Positions 5,354 to 14,882 of a DNA stretch of 32,500 nucleotides are shown one piece after another. The stretch spans positions 1 through 32,500 of the forward strand of contig DATEAX010000041.1 of NCBI GenBank assembly GCA_035288145.1. Reading direction: 5' to 3'. Positions within the stretch are counted from its first letter, which is position 1. Each line of letters starts with the position of its first letter. Origin of the DNA: Patescibacteria group bacterium. Its GTDB lineage: Bacteria; Patescibacteriota; UBA1384; UBA12157; JAENIV01. The notes under the pieces were generated by a model. It had not been told where the DNA came from. It saw only the letters and a list, made by a program, of their open reading frames with translations, and did not search any database. The position numbers were made by a program, and so were the translations under genes.

Positions 5354-8278
5354 ATGGCCAAGACAATTTTAAATATTAAGGGGATGCATTGCGCCTCGTG
5401 TATGGCAAAGATTGAAAAATCGCTTAAGAGAGTCCCGGGGGTGGAAAAAGCGGCGGTGAATCTTTTGACTAATCAGGCAACGGTAGTTGGTAATTCTCAA
5501 GCCAAGGACCTGGTTTTGGCGGTTGAAAAGGCCGGTTACGAGGCGGAAATTGTTAAGCCGGCTGATGAGCATCCGGGTTCAGAACATTTAATGACCCATC
5601 GGATGCCCACCGGCGAAGAGATGACCGGCGCAAGTCACGATGTCCATGCCGAACATGCCAAGCTTGAATCGGAGGGGGAAATAAAACTTCTTAAAAATAA
5701 ATTTCTCTTCGGAGCGGTTTTCTCAACGGTGATTCTCGTTTTAAGTTATGCCATCTATCTTCCGGTGCTTAAGATATTTCCGAGCCAAACTTTGAATTAT
5801 CTGATGTTTATTTTAGCCACTCCCATCCAAATTTGGCTTGGCAGTCAATTTTACCGCGGAACTTGGCGGGGAATAAAACACTTCAGCGCCAATATGGACA
5901 CTTTGATTGCCGTGGGGACAACGGCGGCTTATCTATATTCGGCGGCGATTACATTTTTTGCGGGGTATTTCGAAAATGCCGGCATAAAAGGCGAGGTTTA
6001 TTTTGACACGGCGGCGGTAATTTTAACCCTGATTATTTTAGGGAAATTTTTTGAAGCTCGAGCCAAAGGTCAGGCCTCGTCAGCCATCCAAAAATTGCTC
6101 AAACTTCAGGCCAAAACCGCCACTGTTTTACGGGACGGCAAAGAGGTCAAAGTCCCAATCGAAACAGTCCAAAAGGGCGAGATTATTATTGTCCGTCCCG
6201 GCGAAAAAATCCCTGTTGACGGGACAATTACCGAAGGGTATTCGTCAATTGACGAATCAATGATTACCGGCGAATCCATGCCGGTGGAGAAAAAGATTGG
6301 CGACGAGGTTATTGGCGCGACGCTCAATAAGACCGGCAGTTTCCAAATGCGCGCCACCAAAGTCGGGGCGGAAACCGCTCTGGCGCAGATTGTCAAATTG
6401 GTTCAGGAAGCCCAGGGTTCCAAGGCGCCCATCCAGAAATTAGCCGACATTATTTCGGGATATTTTGTGCCGGTGGTGATTTTTATTGCCATTTTAAGTT
6501 TCATTCTCTGGCTTATCTTTGGTCCGGCGCCTGCTTTTACTTTTGCCTTGGTGATTTTTGTGACAGTTCTGATTATCGCCTGTCCCTGCGCTTTGGGTCT
6601 GGCAACGCCGACAGCGATTATGGTTGGCACCGGGCTGGGGGCGGAAAACGGCATCTTGATTCGCGATGCCGAATCTTTGGAAATTTTTGGCAAAACAAAA
6701 ATGGTGGTTTTTGATAAGACCGGTACCTTAACGCGCGGCGAACCGATAGTTACAGACGTCGTTATAATGCCTCGGGTCACCCCTTCGCTTTCAGCCGCCC
6801 TAGCCAACCTAGTCTCGAATTCGCCTTCGGCGATTCGGGACACCGGCATTTCGCTCAGGGGCTCCCCTCGGCTGGAAAATGCGATTGTTAATATTGCTGC
6901 TTCGCTTGAAAAAAATTCCGAGCATCCGCTCGCCGAGGCGATTGTTAAATACGCGCAGGCGCAGAAAATTGAAATTGTTAAGCCAACGCGGTTTAATGCC
7001 ATCCCTGGTCACGGCGTCGAGGGGGAAATTGATGGCAGGACTATTTTTTTGGGAAATCGCAAATTGATGGAGCGCGGAAAAATCAAAATCGATGAAGAAA
7101 TCGAGAAGAAGATCCAGAAACTGGAGAATGATGGCAAAACCGTCATGATACTTGCTATCGCTCAAGAAATTGTCGGACTTATTGCTGTCGCCGATACTCT
7201 GAAAGAGCATTCTAAAGAAGCAATCCAAATGCTTCATCAAAAGGGCATAAAGACGATTATGATTACCGGCGATAACGAGCGGACAGCCAAAGCGATTGCC
7301 CGCCAAGTGGGGATTGATGAGGTTTTGGCCGGTGTTTTGCCCGAAGATAAAGCCAAAAAGATTAAAGAATTACAGCGGCAAACGGCAAACGGTAAACGGT
7401 TAACAGTTTCGATGATCGGCGACGGCATTAATGATGCTCCAGCTTTAGCTCAAGCGGATATTGGCGTGGCCATCGGTTCGGGAACGGATGTGGCGATGGA
7501 AGCCGCCGATGTGACTTTAATTGCCGATGATTTAAGAAAAGTCCCCCAAGCCATTCAGCTTTCCCGGGCGACAATGCGGACGATTAAGGGAAATCTTTTT
7601 TGGGCATTTGTCTATAATATTTTGGGTATTCCAGTGGCAGCCGGCGTTTTGTATCCGTATTTCGGGATTTTGCTTAGTCCGATTATTGCCTCGGCGGCAA
7701 TGGCCTTTTCATCGATTTTTGTTGTTTTGAATTCCCTGCGATTAAAAAAGTCCCGAAAATATTTGGGGACCCAATTGACAATGGTGATATTGTTAATTAT
7801 CGTCGGGGCATCAGTGGCGGGGTATAATTTAAGTCAGCCAAAAGCCAATTTCGAAAAGCTTATCGCCGGCGCTCAAGCCAAAGTTATTCCCGAGAATAAT
7901 TCTTCCTCGGTTCTGGGACTGACTTTTTCCAACGAAAGTTACGAGCAGTTGGTAAGAGACGCCAAGATTGTTTTGCCTGCCAACCAGATGGTTCTTTTTT
8001 CCGGTTTTGATGTTCGAATGCCCTGTTGCGGTTTTAAAAAAACCGTCGCCAATTTCCCAACCAACTGCCAGTGCGGTCATCATCTAGCAGTTTACGGCCT
8101 GATAAAAAGAATGATGATTGCCGGCTCCACGCGGGAGGAAATTCAGGCCGAAATTTACCGTTGGACAAATTATTTTTTCCCCAAAGAGGCAATTGCCCAA
8201 GAGCTTAAAAAAGAAAATATCGGCAAGAAGGATTTGGAAAAAGCGATCAATTTATTAAATACCAAGGGGGGCTGTTAG
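5354..8278 (+). CDS. copA: Copper-translocating P1B-type ATPase with an extra C-terminal TM and Cys-rich domain
   Basis: It has an N-terminal HMA domain ([15 protein letters not shown]), a CPC motif ([14 protein letters not shown]), DKTGTLT and [10 protein letters not shown]. About 175 aa lie beyond the usual end (LNSLRLKK). Confidence 0.93.
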   Translation: MAKTILNIKGMHCASCMAKIEKSLKRVPGVEKAAVNLLTNQATVVGNSQAKDLVLAVEKAGYEAEIVKPADEHPGSEHLMTHRMPTGEEMTGASHDVHAEHAKLESEGEIKLLKNKFLFGAVFSTVILVLSYAIYLPVLKIFPSQTLNYLMFILATPIQIWLGSQFYRGTWRGIKHFSANMDTLIAVGTTAAYLYSAAITFFAGYFENAGIKGEVYFDTAAVILTLIILGKFFEARAKGQASSAIQKLLKLQAKTATVLRDGKEVKVPIETVQKGEIIIVRPGEKIPVDGTITEGYSSIDESMITGESMPVEKKIGDEVIGATLNKTGSFQMRATKVGAETALAQIVKLVQEAQGSKAPIQKLADIISGYFVPVVIFIAILSFILWLIFGPAPAFTFALVIFVTVLIIACPCALGLATPTAIMVGTGLGAENGILIRDAESLEIFGKTKMVVFDKTGTLTRGEPIVTDVVIMPRVTPSLSAALANLVSNSPSAIRDTGISLRGSPRLENAIVNIAASLEKNSEHPLAEAIVKYAQAQKIEIVKPTRFNAIPGHGVEGEIDGRTIFLGNRKLMERGKIKIDEEIEKKIQKLENDGKTVMILAIAQEIVGLIAVADTLKEHSKEAIQMLHQKGIKTIMITGDNERTAKAIARQVGIDEVLAGVLPEDKAKKIKELQRQTANGKRLTVSMIGDGINDAPALAQADIGVAIGSGTDVAMEAADVTLIADDLRKVPQAIQLSRATMRTIKGNLFWAFVYNILGIPVAAGVLYPYFGILLSPIIASAAMAFSSIFVVLNSLRLKKSRKYLGTQLTMVILLIIVGASVAGYNLSQPKANFEKLIAGAQAKVIPENNSSSVLGLTFSNESYEQLVRDAKIVLPANQMVLFSGFDVRMPCCGFKKTVANFPTNCQCGHHLAVYGLIKRMMIAGSTREEIQAEIYRWTNYFFPKEAIAQELKKENIGKKDLEKAINLLNTKGGC

Positions 8279-8290
8279 AAAGGAGAAAAA

Positions 8291-8437
8291 ATGATGTGGA
8301 ACATGATGAATTATGGTTCGGGAATAGGCACTGGCTGGGGCTGGACGATGATGATTTTCGGCGGACTATTCTGGATTTTGATTTTAGTTATCCTGGTCCT
8401 TCTGATTGTTTGGCTTTTAAAACAAATCCAAAAGTAA
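8291..8437 (+). CDS. Small membrane protein (48 aa), hypothetical
   Basis: A strong SD (aaaggag) lies upstream of ATG 8291. Hand translation gives MMWNMMNYGSGIGTGWGWTMMIFGGLFWILILVILVLLIVWLLKQIQK. It is below the ORF track cutoff. Confidence 0.6.
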   Translation: MMWNMMNYGSGIGTGWGWTMMIFGGLFWILILVILVLLIVWLLKQIQK

Positions 8438-8453
8438 AAGAATCCTAAAAAAT

Positions 8454-8912
8454 ATGAGACAAATTGATTTCCCGGCTATCCTGAAAGGATTGATTGGTGC
8501 GATTGGCTTACTAACGATATTTTTTGCCATTAGCACTTGGGTTTCCGGTTTCGCATTTGCGAAAACTCAATTTTTTCAATACTGGTATTATCTTTCGGGT
8601 TTAGCATTGGGTTTTGGTATTCAGATTGGCTTATATAGTTTTTTGAAAAATCTAGGGAAGAGAAAAGATTATTCAGGCAAGGTTTTATATGTTTCCGGCA
8701 CCACTTCGACTTTATCAATGATTTCCTGTTGTACCCATTATTTGGCTAACTTTTTACCGGTTATTGCGACGAGCGGCGTTTTAAGTTTAGTTGGTCAGTA
8801 TCAGGTAAAACTATTTTGGATTGGCATTATTTTTAATATAGCGGCTATCATATTCATTTTTTCACGACTTCGTAAATTTTTAAGAAGAACCAAATTAAAA
8901 GAGGTAATATGA
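8454..8912 (+). CDS. Integral membrane protein, hypothetical (SCC motif)
   Basis: It has about 4 predicted TM segments and an SMISCCTHY motif. It overlaps the next gene through ATGA, consistent with translational coupling. Confidence 0.6.
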   Translation: MRQIDFPAILKGLIGAIGLLTIFFAISTWVSGFAFAKTQFFQYWYYLSGLALGFGIQIGLYSFLKNLGKRKDYSGKVLYVSGTTSTLSMISCCTHYLANFLPVIATSGVLSLVGQYQVKLFWIGIIFNIAAIIFIFSRLRKFLRRTKLKEVI

Positions 8913-9316
8913 AAGTTATTCTGGGCATTATTTTTCTGGTATTAATAATAGCGGTGGTTATTTTTTTGAAAAAGCCCAAAGCTCTTTTTCAAGAAGAGGG
9001 AAAATTTGTCGGCACAAGGACTGATAATCAGGGAGGAATTGAAATTGCTGTTACTCCCCAAAAAATTTCAAAAGGAGAAAGGGCAGTTTTTACAGTTGTC
9101 TTTACCACTCATACCGGCGATTTGAATTTCGATTTGATCAAAATTGCGACTCTAAATTTAGATGGAGAGATTTTGAAGCCAATTGCTTGGGACGGCGGTT
9201 CCGGCGGTCATCATCTGGAGGGAGCTTTGACATTTGATCAGTTGAAAAAAATATCTGATAAAATAGTTTTAGAGATGGAAGATATTGGTGGGTTTAGGCG
9301 TAGTTTTGTTTGGTAA
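8909..9316 (+). CDS. Membrane-anchored extracytoplasmic protein, hypothetical (GGHH motif)
   Basis: An N-terminal TM anchor is followed by a beta-rich domain containing THTGDLNFD and WDGGSGGHHLEG. Confidence 0.6.
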   Translation: MKVILGIIFLVLIIAVVIFLKKPKALFQEEGKFVGTRTDNQGGIEIAVTPQKISKGERAVFTVVFTTHTGDLNFDLIKIATLNLDGEILKPIAWDGGSGGHHLEGALTFDQLKKISDKIVLEMEDIGGFRRSFVW

Positions 9317-9427
9317 AAGATTTAACTTGCGGAATGGAAGTTGAAGAGTCGGGGACATTTGAGTTGAAGTGTTGTGGGCAAATCTACTACTTAAACGTTA
9401 AATTAGTAAAACTAGAAAGGAGACAAA

Positions 9428-9679
9428 ATGCTTAATGGTACAAAAATTGCCAAAGTGGCGGTTGTTTGGATGACGATTCTTTATCTCATCTGCGTCTTGG
9501 TCGCCGGTTTATTGCCAGCCGTATACACTAACATTGCCGGTTACCTCGTTCATTTTGGGGCTGTTTCATCGAAGCCGGAAATTTCCTTTGTCCCGGCGAT
9601 TATCGGTCTGATCCTCATCGATATTGTGACCGGCGCTACGGTCTGGCTTTTTGTTTGGCTTTATAATAAGATGAATTAA
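9428..9679 (+). CDS. Small integral membrane protein, hypothetical
   Basis: SD aaaggag lies upstream. The 83 aa protein has 2-3 hydrophobic helices. Confidence 0.55.
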   Translation: MLNGTKIAKVAVVWMTILYLICVLVAGLLPAVYTNIAGYLVHFGAVSSKPEISFVPAIIGLILIDIVTGATVWLFVWLYNKMN

Positions 9680-9694
9680 TCCTGGAGAGGTTTT

Positions 9695-10570
9695 ATGAGT
9701 CCAACTTTACTGGGGGCATCGGTTGTCGCCTCATTTTTAGGGGGGATTTTAGCGCTGTTGGCGCCTTGTTGCGTTACTTTTATTTTTCCGGCCTATTTTG
9801 CCTCGGCTTTCAAAGAGAAATCAAGAATACTTTTAATGACTTTTATCTTCTTTCTGGGGTTGGCTTCGGTATTGGTGCCGGTGGCTTTGGGTCTTTCGGC
9901 GCTTTCGCAACTGATTGCTCGATACCACTACGAAGTTTTCTTAGGCGGCGGCCTATTTTTGATTTTTTTGGCAATTTTAGCGATTTTTGGTAAAACTATT
10001 CCCATGCCATTTTACCGCACCAGCCCCAATCTCAAAAAGAGCGATCCCTTATCCATCTTTTTTTTGGGAGTAATTTCCGGAGCCGCCAGTTCCTGCTGTA
10101 CGCCGGTTCTAATCGGGGTTTTGACGGTCTCGGCTCTTTCGGGGACATTTATCTACGCTTTTATTTTAAGCTTGACTTATGTCTTGGGAATGGTCTCGCC
10201 TTTGATTATTATGTCTTACTTTTGGGATAAATATGACTTTTCGAAATCTAAATTACTGCAGGGAAGGATTTATTCTTGGAAACTCTTGGGTAAGGAGTTT
10301 TACACTCACTCGACAAGTCTTATCTCGACTATCCTTTTCGGCGGGATGGGTCTTTTAATAGTCATATTGACTTTGACGGGCAAAACTGCAACCGCGTCGT
10401 CGTATCAACTCAAAATGTCGACTTTTTTCAATAATTTGACGAATATTTTAGTTCCCAAGGCAAAAATTATCCCCGAATATATTTGGCTGATATTAGCGGT
10501 TTTAGTATTAATATTCTTTGTTTGGCAAGCGATTAAGTTTGCGAGGAGAGGTGATGATAAAAGGAAGTAG
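9695..10570 (+). CDS. CcdA/DsbD-like thiol-disulfide membrane transporter
   Basis: The protein is polytopic, with two Cys pairs inside TM helices (LAPCCVTF and ASSCCTPVL). This arrangement resembles the CcdA/DsbD superfamily. The next gene encodes a thioredoxin-fold protein. Confidence 0.6.
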   Translation: MSPTLLGASVVASFLGGILALLAPCCVTFIFPAYFASAFKEKSRILLMTFIFFLGLASVLVPVALGLSALSQLIARYHYEVFLGGGLFLIFLAILAIFGKTIPMPFYRTSPNLKKSDPLSIFFLGVISGAASSCCTPVLIGVLTVSALSGTFIYAFILSLTYVLGMVSPLIIMSYFWDKYDFSKSKLLQGRIYSWKLLGKEFYTHSTSLISTILFGGMGLLIVILTLTGKTATASSYQLKMSTFFNNLTNILVPKAKIIPEYIWLILAVLVLIFFVWQAIKFARRGDDKRK

Positions 10571-11135
10571 TCAAACATTGGCAATTATTGGTGTTATCAG
10601 CGTGATAATATTAATTTTTGGCGGAATTTTATTGCTCGATAAATCAAGAGATAGCGGGGATAGTATTGGTTTAAATGTTGGAGACGAAGCGCCTGATTTT
10701 AGTGTCGAGGATTATTCTGGCAAAACGATTTCTTTGGCTGATTATGCGGACAAGAACATTCTTTTATATTTTAATGAAGGGGTTATTTGTGCTCCTTGCT
10801 GGCAACAAATCATCCAGTTGCAGAAAGATCGGGAGAAATTTATGGCTTTAAATACGGAAATTGTCACTATCGGTGTTGATTCGGCCGATTCTTGGAAAGC
10901 AATTGTTGAGGGCAACAAGATTGAATTGCCAGTTTTAATTGATGCGAATAAGAAAATGTCGATGGCGTATAAAATTTTGAATCTTTCTTCCTCAATGCAT
11001 TCGGGCGAAAAACCCGGACATACCTTCGTCTTGGTGGGGACCGATAGAAAGATTAGGTGGCTGGGCGATTATCCGGATATGAGGGTGACAAATGAACAAA
11101 TTCTTGATAAAATTAAAAGCAGTCAAACAAGTTAG
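10554..11135 (+). CDS. Membrane-anchored thioredoxin-fold (TlpA/ResA/redoxin-like) protein
   Basis: It has a TM anchor followed by AhpC/TSA-redoxin-like sequence with a CxxC motif (VICAPCWQQ). ATG 10554 follows SD aggagag. The track start at 10518 is upstream and overlaps the previous gene further. Confidence 0.75.
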   Translation: MIKGSSQTLAIIGVISVIILIFGGILLLDKSRDSGDSIGLNVGDEAPDFSVEDYSGKTISLADYADKNILLYFNEGVICAPCWQQIIQLQKDREKFMALNTEIVTIGVDSADSWKAIVEGNKIELPVLIDANKKMSMAYKILNLSSSMHSGEKPGHTFVLVGTDRKIRWLGDYPDMRVTNEQILDKIKSSQTS

Positions 11136-11146
11136 AGGATTTTAAA

Positions 11147-11659
11147 ATGAGTAAAACGATAATTTTTATTATTTGCGCCATTGTAGTTTTAAGCTTGGCG
11201 ATTTTTTTAGGCAGTAAGTACTTGGGTCAGGGTAAAGGCCAGGGAAATGTAAGAGGGGTAAGTTCTTATGTCAAAGACGATCCGGCGGCGCCGAAATTAG
11301 ATTTGACGGAGAAAACTTTCGAATTCGGCAAAATTCAAATTTCCGATGTCGCCAAGCACGATTTTAAGATTAAAAATATCGGCAAGAACCCTCTGGTAAT
11401 TTCATCACTTACCACTTCCTGCCATTGCACAAGCGCTATTTTGAAAGTTCCCGGGCAAGATGATACGCCGGCGACCGGCATGCACAAGATGCAACCTTGG
11501 ACACGGGAAATCGTCACTGGCGGAGAGGCGGTTGTCGAGGTAATCTATGAACCGGCGAAGATGCCGGTCCGGGGAGCAGTCAATCGGATAATTTATCTTC
11601 AAACCAACGATCCCAATAATTCCGATCCCAAATTGGAAATAAATGCCGAAGTCTTGTAA
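11147..11659 (+). CDS. DUF1573 domain protein
   Basis: It has a signal anchor followed by FEFGKIQISDVAKHDFKIKNIGKNPLVISSLTTSCHCTSA, the DUF1573 signature. Confidence 0.8.
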   Translation: MSKTIIFIICAIVVLSLAIFLGSKYLGQGKGQGNVRGVSSYVKDDPAAPKLDLTEKTFEFGKIQISDVAKHDFKIKNIGKNPLVISSLTTSCHCTSAILKVPGQDDTPATGMHKMQPWTREIVTGGEAVVEVIYEPAKMPVRGAVNRIIYLQTNDPNNSDPKLEINAEVL

Positions 11660-11696
11660 CCTGTGGATATCTTTTGATTTTTAGTCAATATCTAGA

Positions 11697-11741
11697 GCTA
11701 ATTTTAAGGTTAAAATACCAATTTTAACCTGTTAAATTAGC
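11697..11741. terminator. AT-rich imperfect inverted repeat (terminator-like) after the redox operon
   Basis: The arms are gctaattttaaggttaaaat and attttaacctgttaaattagc, separated by a short loop. Confidence 0.45.
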
Positions 11742-11748
11742 TTTCCTC

Positions 11749-11777
11749 TTGACAAAAGAAATACCCCTCCTGATAAT
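11749..11777 (+). promoter_or_regulatory. Sigma70-like promoter
   Basis: TTGACA (11749-11754), a 17 nt spacer, then GATAAT (11772-11777). It is followed by a structured leader of about 160 nt. Confidence 0.6.
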
Positions 11778-11943
11778 AGGTATGTAACCTTAACATAAGG
11801 TTAGAAGACAGAGTCCGCCGTCGTTCAATCTCTTCCAGTATCCTGAATTTCAGGAATCTGCAAATAGATTTCACTTTGGCGGACTTCCGGGTTTTGCTTC
11901 CGGTTGAGGAACGCAAAACTCGGAGTGAAAGGAGGTGATTTAC

Positions 11944-12156
11944 ATGGCTTATTCAGTTCAATCGAAAAAAACCGGCGAAACTTACTATCTTCACTCAAAA
12001 GATGTCACTCTGCGCGGCGGCCGGCAGCAAACGATTTATTACTTTGCCCGAACTCAGAAAGAAGGCGTTTTGGATGATTTGCCCGAAGGTTATGCGGTGA
12101 TGGAAAACAGCCGAACCGGGCTACCGATGCTTAAGAAGAGCGATAAGGAAAAATAA
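11944..12156 (+). CDS. Small conserved-looking hypothetical protein (70 aa)
   Basis: A strong SD (aaaggaggtga) lies 6 nt upstream of ATG 11944. The protein begins MAYSVQSKKTGETYYLHSKDVTLRGGRQQTIYYFAR. Confidence 0.65.
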   Translation: MAYSVQSKKTGETYYLHSKDVTLRGGRQQTIYYFARTQKEGVLDDLPEGYAVMENSRTGLPMLKKSDKEK

Positions 12157-12176
12157 AATATAAAATAAAAAAATCA

Positions 12177-12217
12177 AGAAAACTCGCTGAAGGAATTTTA
12201 CTGCGGCGAGTTTTCTT
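12177..12217 (+). terminator. Intrinsic terminator
   Basis: A 12 bp stem, aagaaaactcgc with gcgagttttctt, is followed by a T-rich tract. Confidence 0.65.
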
Positions 12218-12297
12218 GTAATTTCTTTTCTTGCTTTTAGCAATCAGTTATGATAAACTTTTAAGTTGAGTTTCAGTTATCAAATTGAGGAAATCTT

Positions 12298-13698
12298 GTG
12301 AAAAGATCCGAGCTTTTTTTTACATTTTTTCAAATCCCGGTTGATTTGGCCATGGTGGTGCTTTCTTTTGTCGTGGCTTATTGGCTTCGGACATTTTTCG
12401 AATTTGTGCCCGTGATATACGTTGAGCCATTAATGGGATACTTGAAGTTTGTTGTCATTACCTTGCCGATTTGGTTTTCAGTTTTTACTTTTGCCGGTCT
12501 TTATACCCTCAAAACCCGGTACGGACGGCTGGAGGAATTTGGAAAAATTTTTGTCGCAGTTTCGGCGGCAGTCGCCATTTTGCTAGCTTGGTTGTTTTTA
12601 TCAAGAACCTTTTTCTTTTCCCGGCTGATTATTATATACGTTTGGTTTATTGCAATCGCGATGGTGACTTTGGGTCGGACCCTGATTCATTTTTTGCAAA
12701 GATTTCTCTATCGTTTTGGCATTGGCGTCCATCGGGTAATTATTTTGGGGGGCAACTCTTCCTCGCGGTTTATTATTGCGGAGATCAAGAAAAACCGGGG
12801 ATATTGTCTTAAAAAAATTATCGATGAAAACGCCATCGGCAAATTAGAAACGATAATTCAAAGAGCGCCAGCGGATGAGATTATTGTTGCTGACCCGCAT
12901 ATCGGTCCGGCGAAAATTTCTCAAGTATTGGAATTTTGTCGTTTTCATCAAATTGGTTTTAAAATGACCCCGGATTTATTTTTGGTTAGTTCATCCCATA
13001 TTGATATCAAAACTTTGGCCGGGGTGCCGATTATCGAATTTAAAAGAACTCCTCTTGACGGCTGGGGAAGAATTATCAAAAGATTAGTGGATTTTTTGGG
13101 CGCCTCCATCCTCTTGATTATTCTTTCGCCCGTCATGCTTTTAGTTGCTTTGGGCGTCAAATTAACTTCTCGGGGACCGATTCTTTTTCGGCAGGAGAGG
13201 GTGGGGTTTGAAAATAAGCCCTTTTGGTTTTTAAAATTTCGCTCAATGAAAGCCGAATATTGTGTCGGCGAAAATTATGGGGGTAAAAAGGCGGCGGAAA
13301 TTCTTAGGAAACTCAAAACCCGGGCCAATGAGGTTGATGGACCAGTTTTTAAAATTAAAAATGATCCGCGACTGACGCCATTTGGCCGGTTTATCCGAAA
13401 AACAAGCTTGGACGAATTCCCCCAATTTTTCAATGTTTTAAGAGGTCAGATGAGTTTAGTCGGCCCCCGGCCGCCTTTGCCAGAGGAAGTCGTCCGTTAC
13501 AATAAATTTCAGCGCCGCCGGCTGGGGGTCAAACCCGGCATTACCGGTTTGTGGCAAGTCTCCGGTCGCTCGGATATTTCTTTTGACGAATGGGTGAAGC
13601 TCGATGCGTTCTATATCGAACACTGGTCTTTGTGGTTGGATTTCCAGATAATCTTAAAGACGATTTGGGTGGTTATGAAGGGAAGAGGAGCGTATTAA
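12298..13698 (+). CDS. Polyprenyl-phosphate glycosyl-1-phosphate transferase (bacterial sugar transferase, WbaP/EpsB-like)
   Basis: The N-terminal region has multiple TM segments. The C-terminal domain carries RPILFRQERVG, KFRSM, DEFPQFFNVLRGQMSLVGPRPPLPEE and PGITGLWQVSGRS. The start codon is GTG. Confidence 0.88.
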   Translation: MKRSELFFTFFQIPVDLAMVVLSFVVAYWLRTFFEFVPVIYVEPLMGYLKFVVITLPIWFSVFTFAGLYTLKTRYGRLEEFGKIFVAVSAAVAILLAWLFLSRTFFFSRLIIIYVWFIAIAMVTLGRTLIHFLQRFLYRFGIGVHRVIILGGNSSSRFIIAEIKKNRGYCLKKIIDENAIGKLETIIQRAPADEIIVADPHIGPAKISQVLEFCRFHQIGFKMTPDLFLVSSSHIDIKTLAGVPIIEFKRTPLDGWGRIIKRLVDFLGASILLIILSPVMLLVALGVKLTSRGPILFRQERVGFENKPFWFLKFRSMKAEYCVGENYGGKKAAEILRKLKTRANEVDGPVFKIKNDPRLTPFGRFIRKTSLDEFPQFFNVLRGQMSLVGPRPPLPEEVVRYNKFQRRRLGVKPGITGLWQVSGRSDISFDEWVKLDAFYIEHWSLWLDFQIILKTIWVVMKGRGAY

Positions 13699-13716
13699 AG
13701 GAACTTAAAACGAAAA

Positions 13717-14859
13717 ATGAAAAATTCAAAAGGAATATTAAAAGACAGAAAGATCGCCATCATCGTTGAGGAGCTTACTCAATTAGGAGGCGCCGAAAGG
13801 CTCCTCGATTGTTTTTTGGAGCTTTTTCCCAAAGCGCCGGTTTTTACGATTGTTTGGGATAAAGTTAAAACCCTTCATCGCTACGATAAATTTGATGTTC
13901 GACCATCATTCATCCAAGAATTGCCGTTTGGGGTAAATCGCTACAAATGGTATCTAACCCTGATGCCGAAAGCGGTTGAGTCTCTCGATTTAAAAGATTT
14001 CGATATCGTATTATCGATCACCTCGGCTTTGGTCAAGGGCGTTAAAACCAATTCAAACCAGCTCCATATTTGTTACTGCAACACACCGACGCGCTGGCTT
14101 TGGACGGATAGCCAAAATTATTTAAAAACCGCCCCCATTCCGTTTTTTGCCCGGCCTTTAATGCCTACTATTATTAATGCGCTTAAAAAATGGGATATCA
14201 AAGCTTCAAAGCGACCGAATTATTTTATTGCCAATTCGGAAAATGTCAGAAAAAGAATTAAAAAATATTACCATCGCGATTCTTTTCCGATTTTTGTGCC
14301 GGTTGAGGCAAAAAAATTTAAACCGACAATCAAAAAAGGCGAGTATTATCTTATGGTTTCTCGTCTTGAGCCATACAAAAAGGTAGAAATGGTCATTGAA
14401 GCATTTAAGCGTCTGGATTTGCCGTTAAAAATTGTCGGTTTCGGGACCAAATTCGAAGAATTAAAAAAATCTGTACCCAAAAATATTAAACTGATTGGTC
14501 GTGTTTCCGATGAAAAATTAGCTAAGATATATCAAAGGTCAATTGCCACCATCTTTCCGCAAGAAGAAGACGCCGGGATTGTCCCTCTCGAGTCAATGGC
14601 CGCCGGTCGTCCGGTCATCGCCTTTGCCAAGGGCGGGGCGCTTGAAACGGTCGTTGAGGGGAAAACGGGCGTATTGTTCAAAGTGCAAACAGTCGGAGGG
14701 CTAATTAAGGCGATTAAAAAATTTCAAAATAGGAAATTTAATGCCAAAATTATTCGTCTTCATGCGCAAAAATTTGACAAAGAGCTTTTCAAAAAGAAAA
14801 TATTAATGTATATTGAAGATAAGTTAAAAATCCAAACCTCAAAAATATTTAATCTTTAA
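13717..14859 (+). CDS. Glycosyltransferase family 4 (GT-B)
   Basis: It carries the C-terminal GT1/GT4 signature EEDAGIVPLESMAAGRPVIAFAKGGALETV. Confidence 0.85.
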   Translation: MKNSKGILKDRKIAIIVEELTQLGGAERLLDCFLELFPKAPVFTIVWDKVKTLHRYDKFDVRPSFIQELPFGVNRYKWYLTLMPKAVESLDLKDFDIVLSITSALVKGVKTNSNQLHICYCNTPTRWLWTDSQNYLKTAPIPFFARPLMPTIINALKKWDIKASKRPNYFIANSENVRKRIKKYYHRDSFPIFVPVEAKKFKPTIKKGEYYLMVSRLEPYKKVEMVIEAFKRLDLPLKIVGFGTKFEELKKSVPKNIKLIGRVSDEKLAKIYQRSIATIFPQEEDAGIVPLESMAAGRPVIAFAKGGALETVVEGKTGVLFKVQTVGGLIKAIKKFQNRKFNAKIIRLHAQKFDKELFKKKILMYIEDKLKIQTSKIFNL

Positions 14860-14882
14860 TTTTAGTCTATCATGGAGGTTTT

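Noticed and set aside
9766-9993. Embedded alternative-frame ORFs inside confident genes, for example 9766..9993, 1739..1951, 6403..7002(-), 17938..18402(-) and 23392..23727(-).
   Set aside because: They lie fully inside well-supported CDSs with strong family signatures. They show no independent translation signals.
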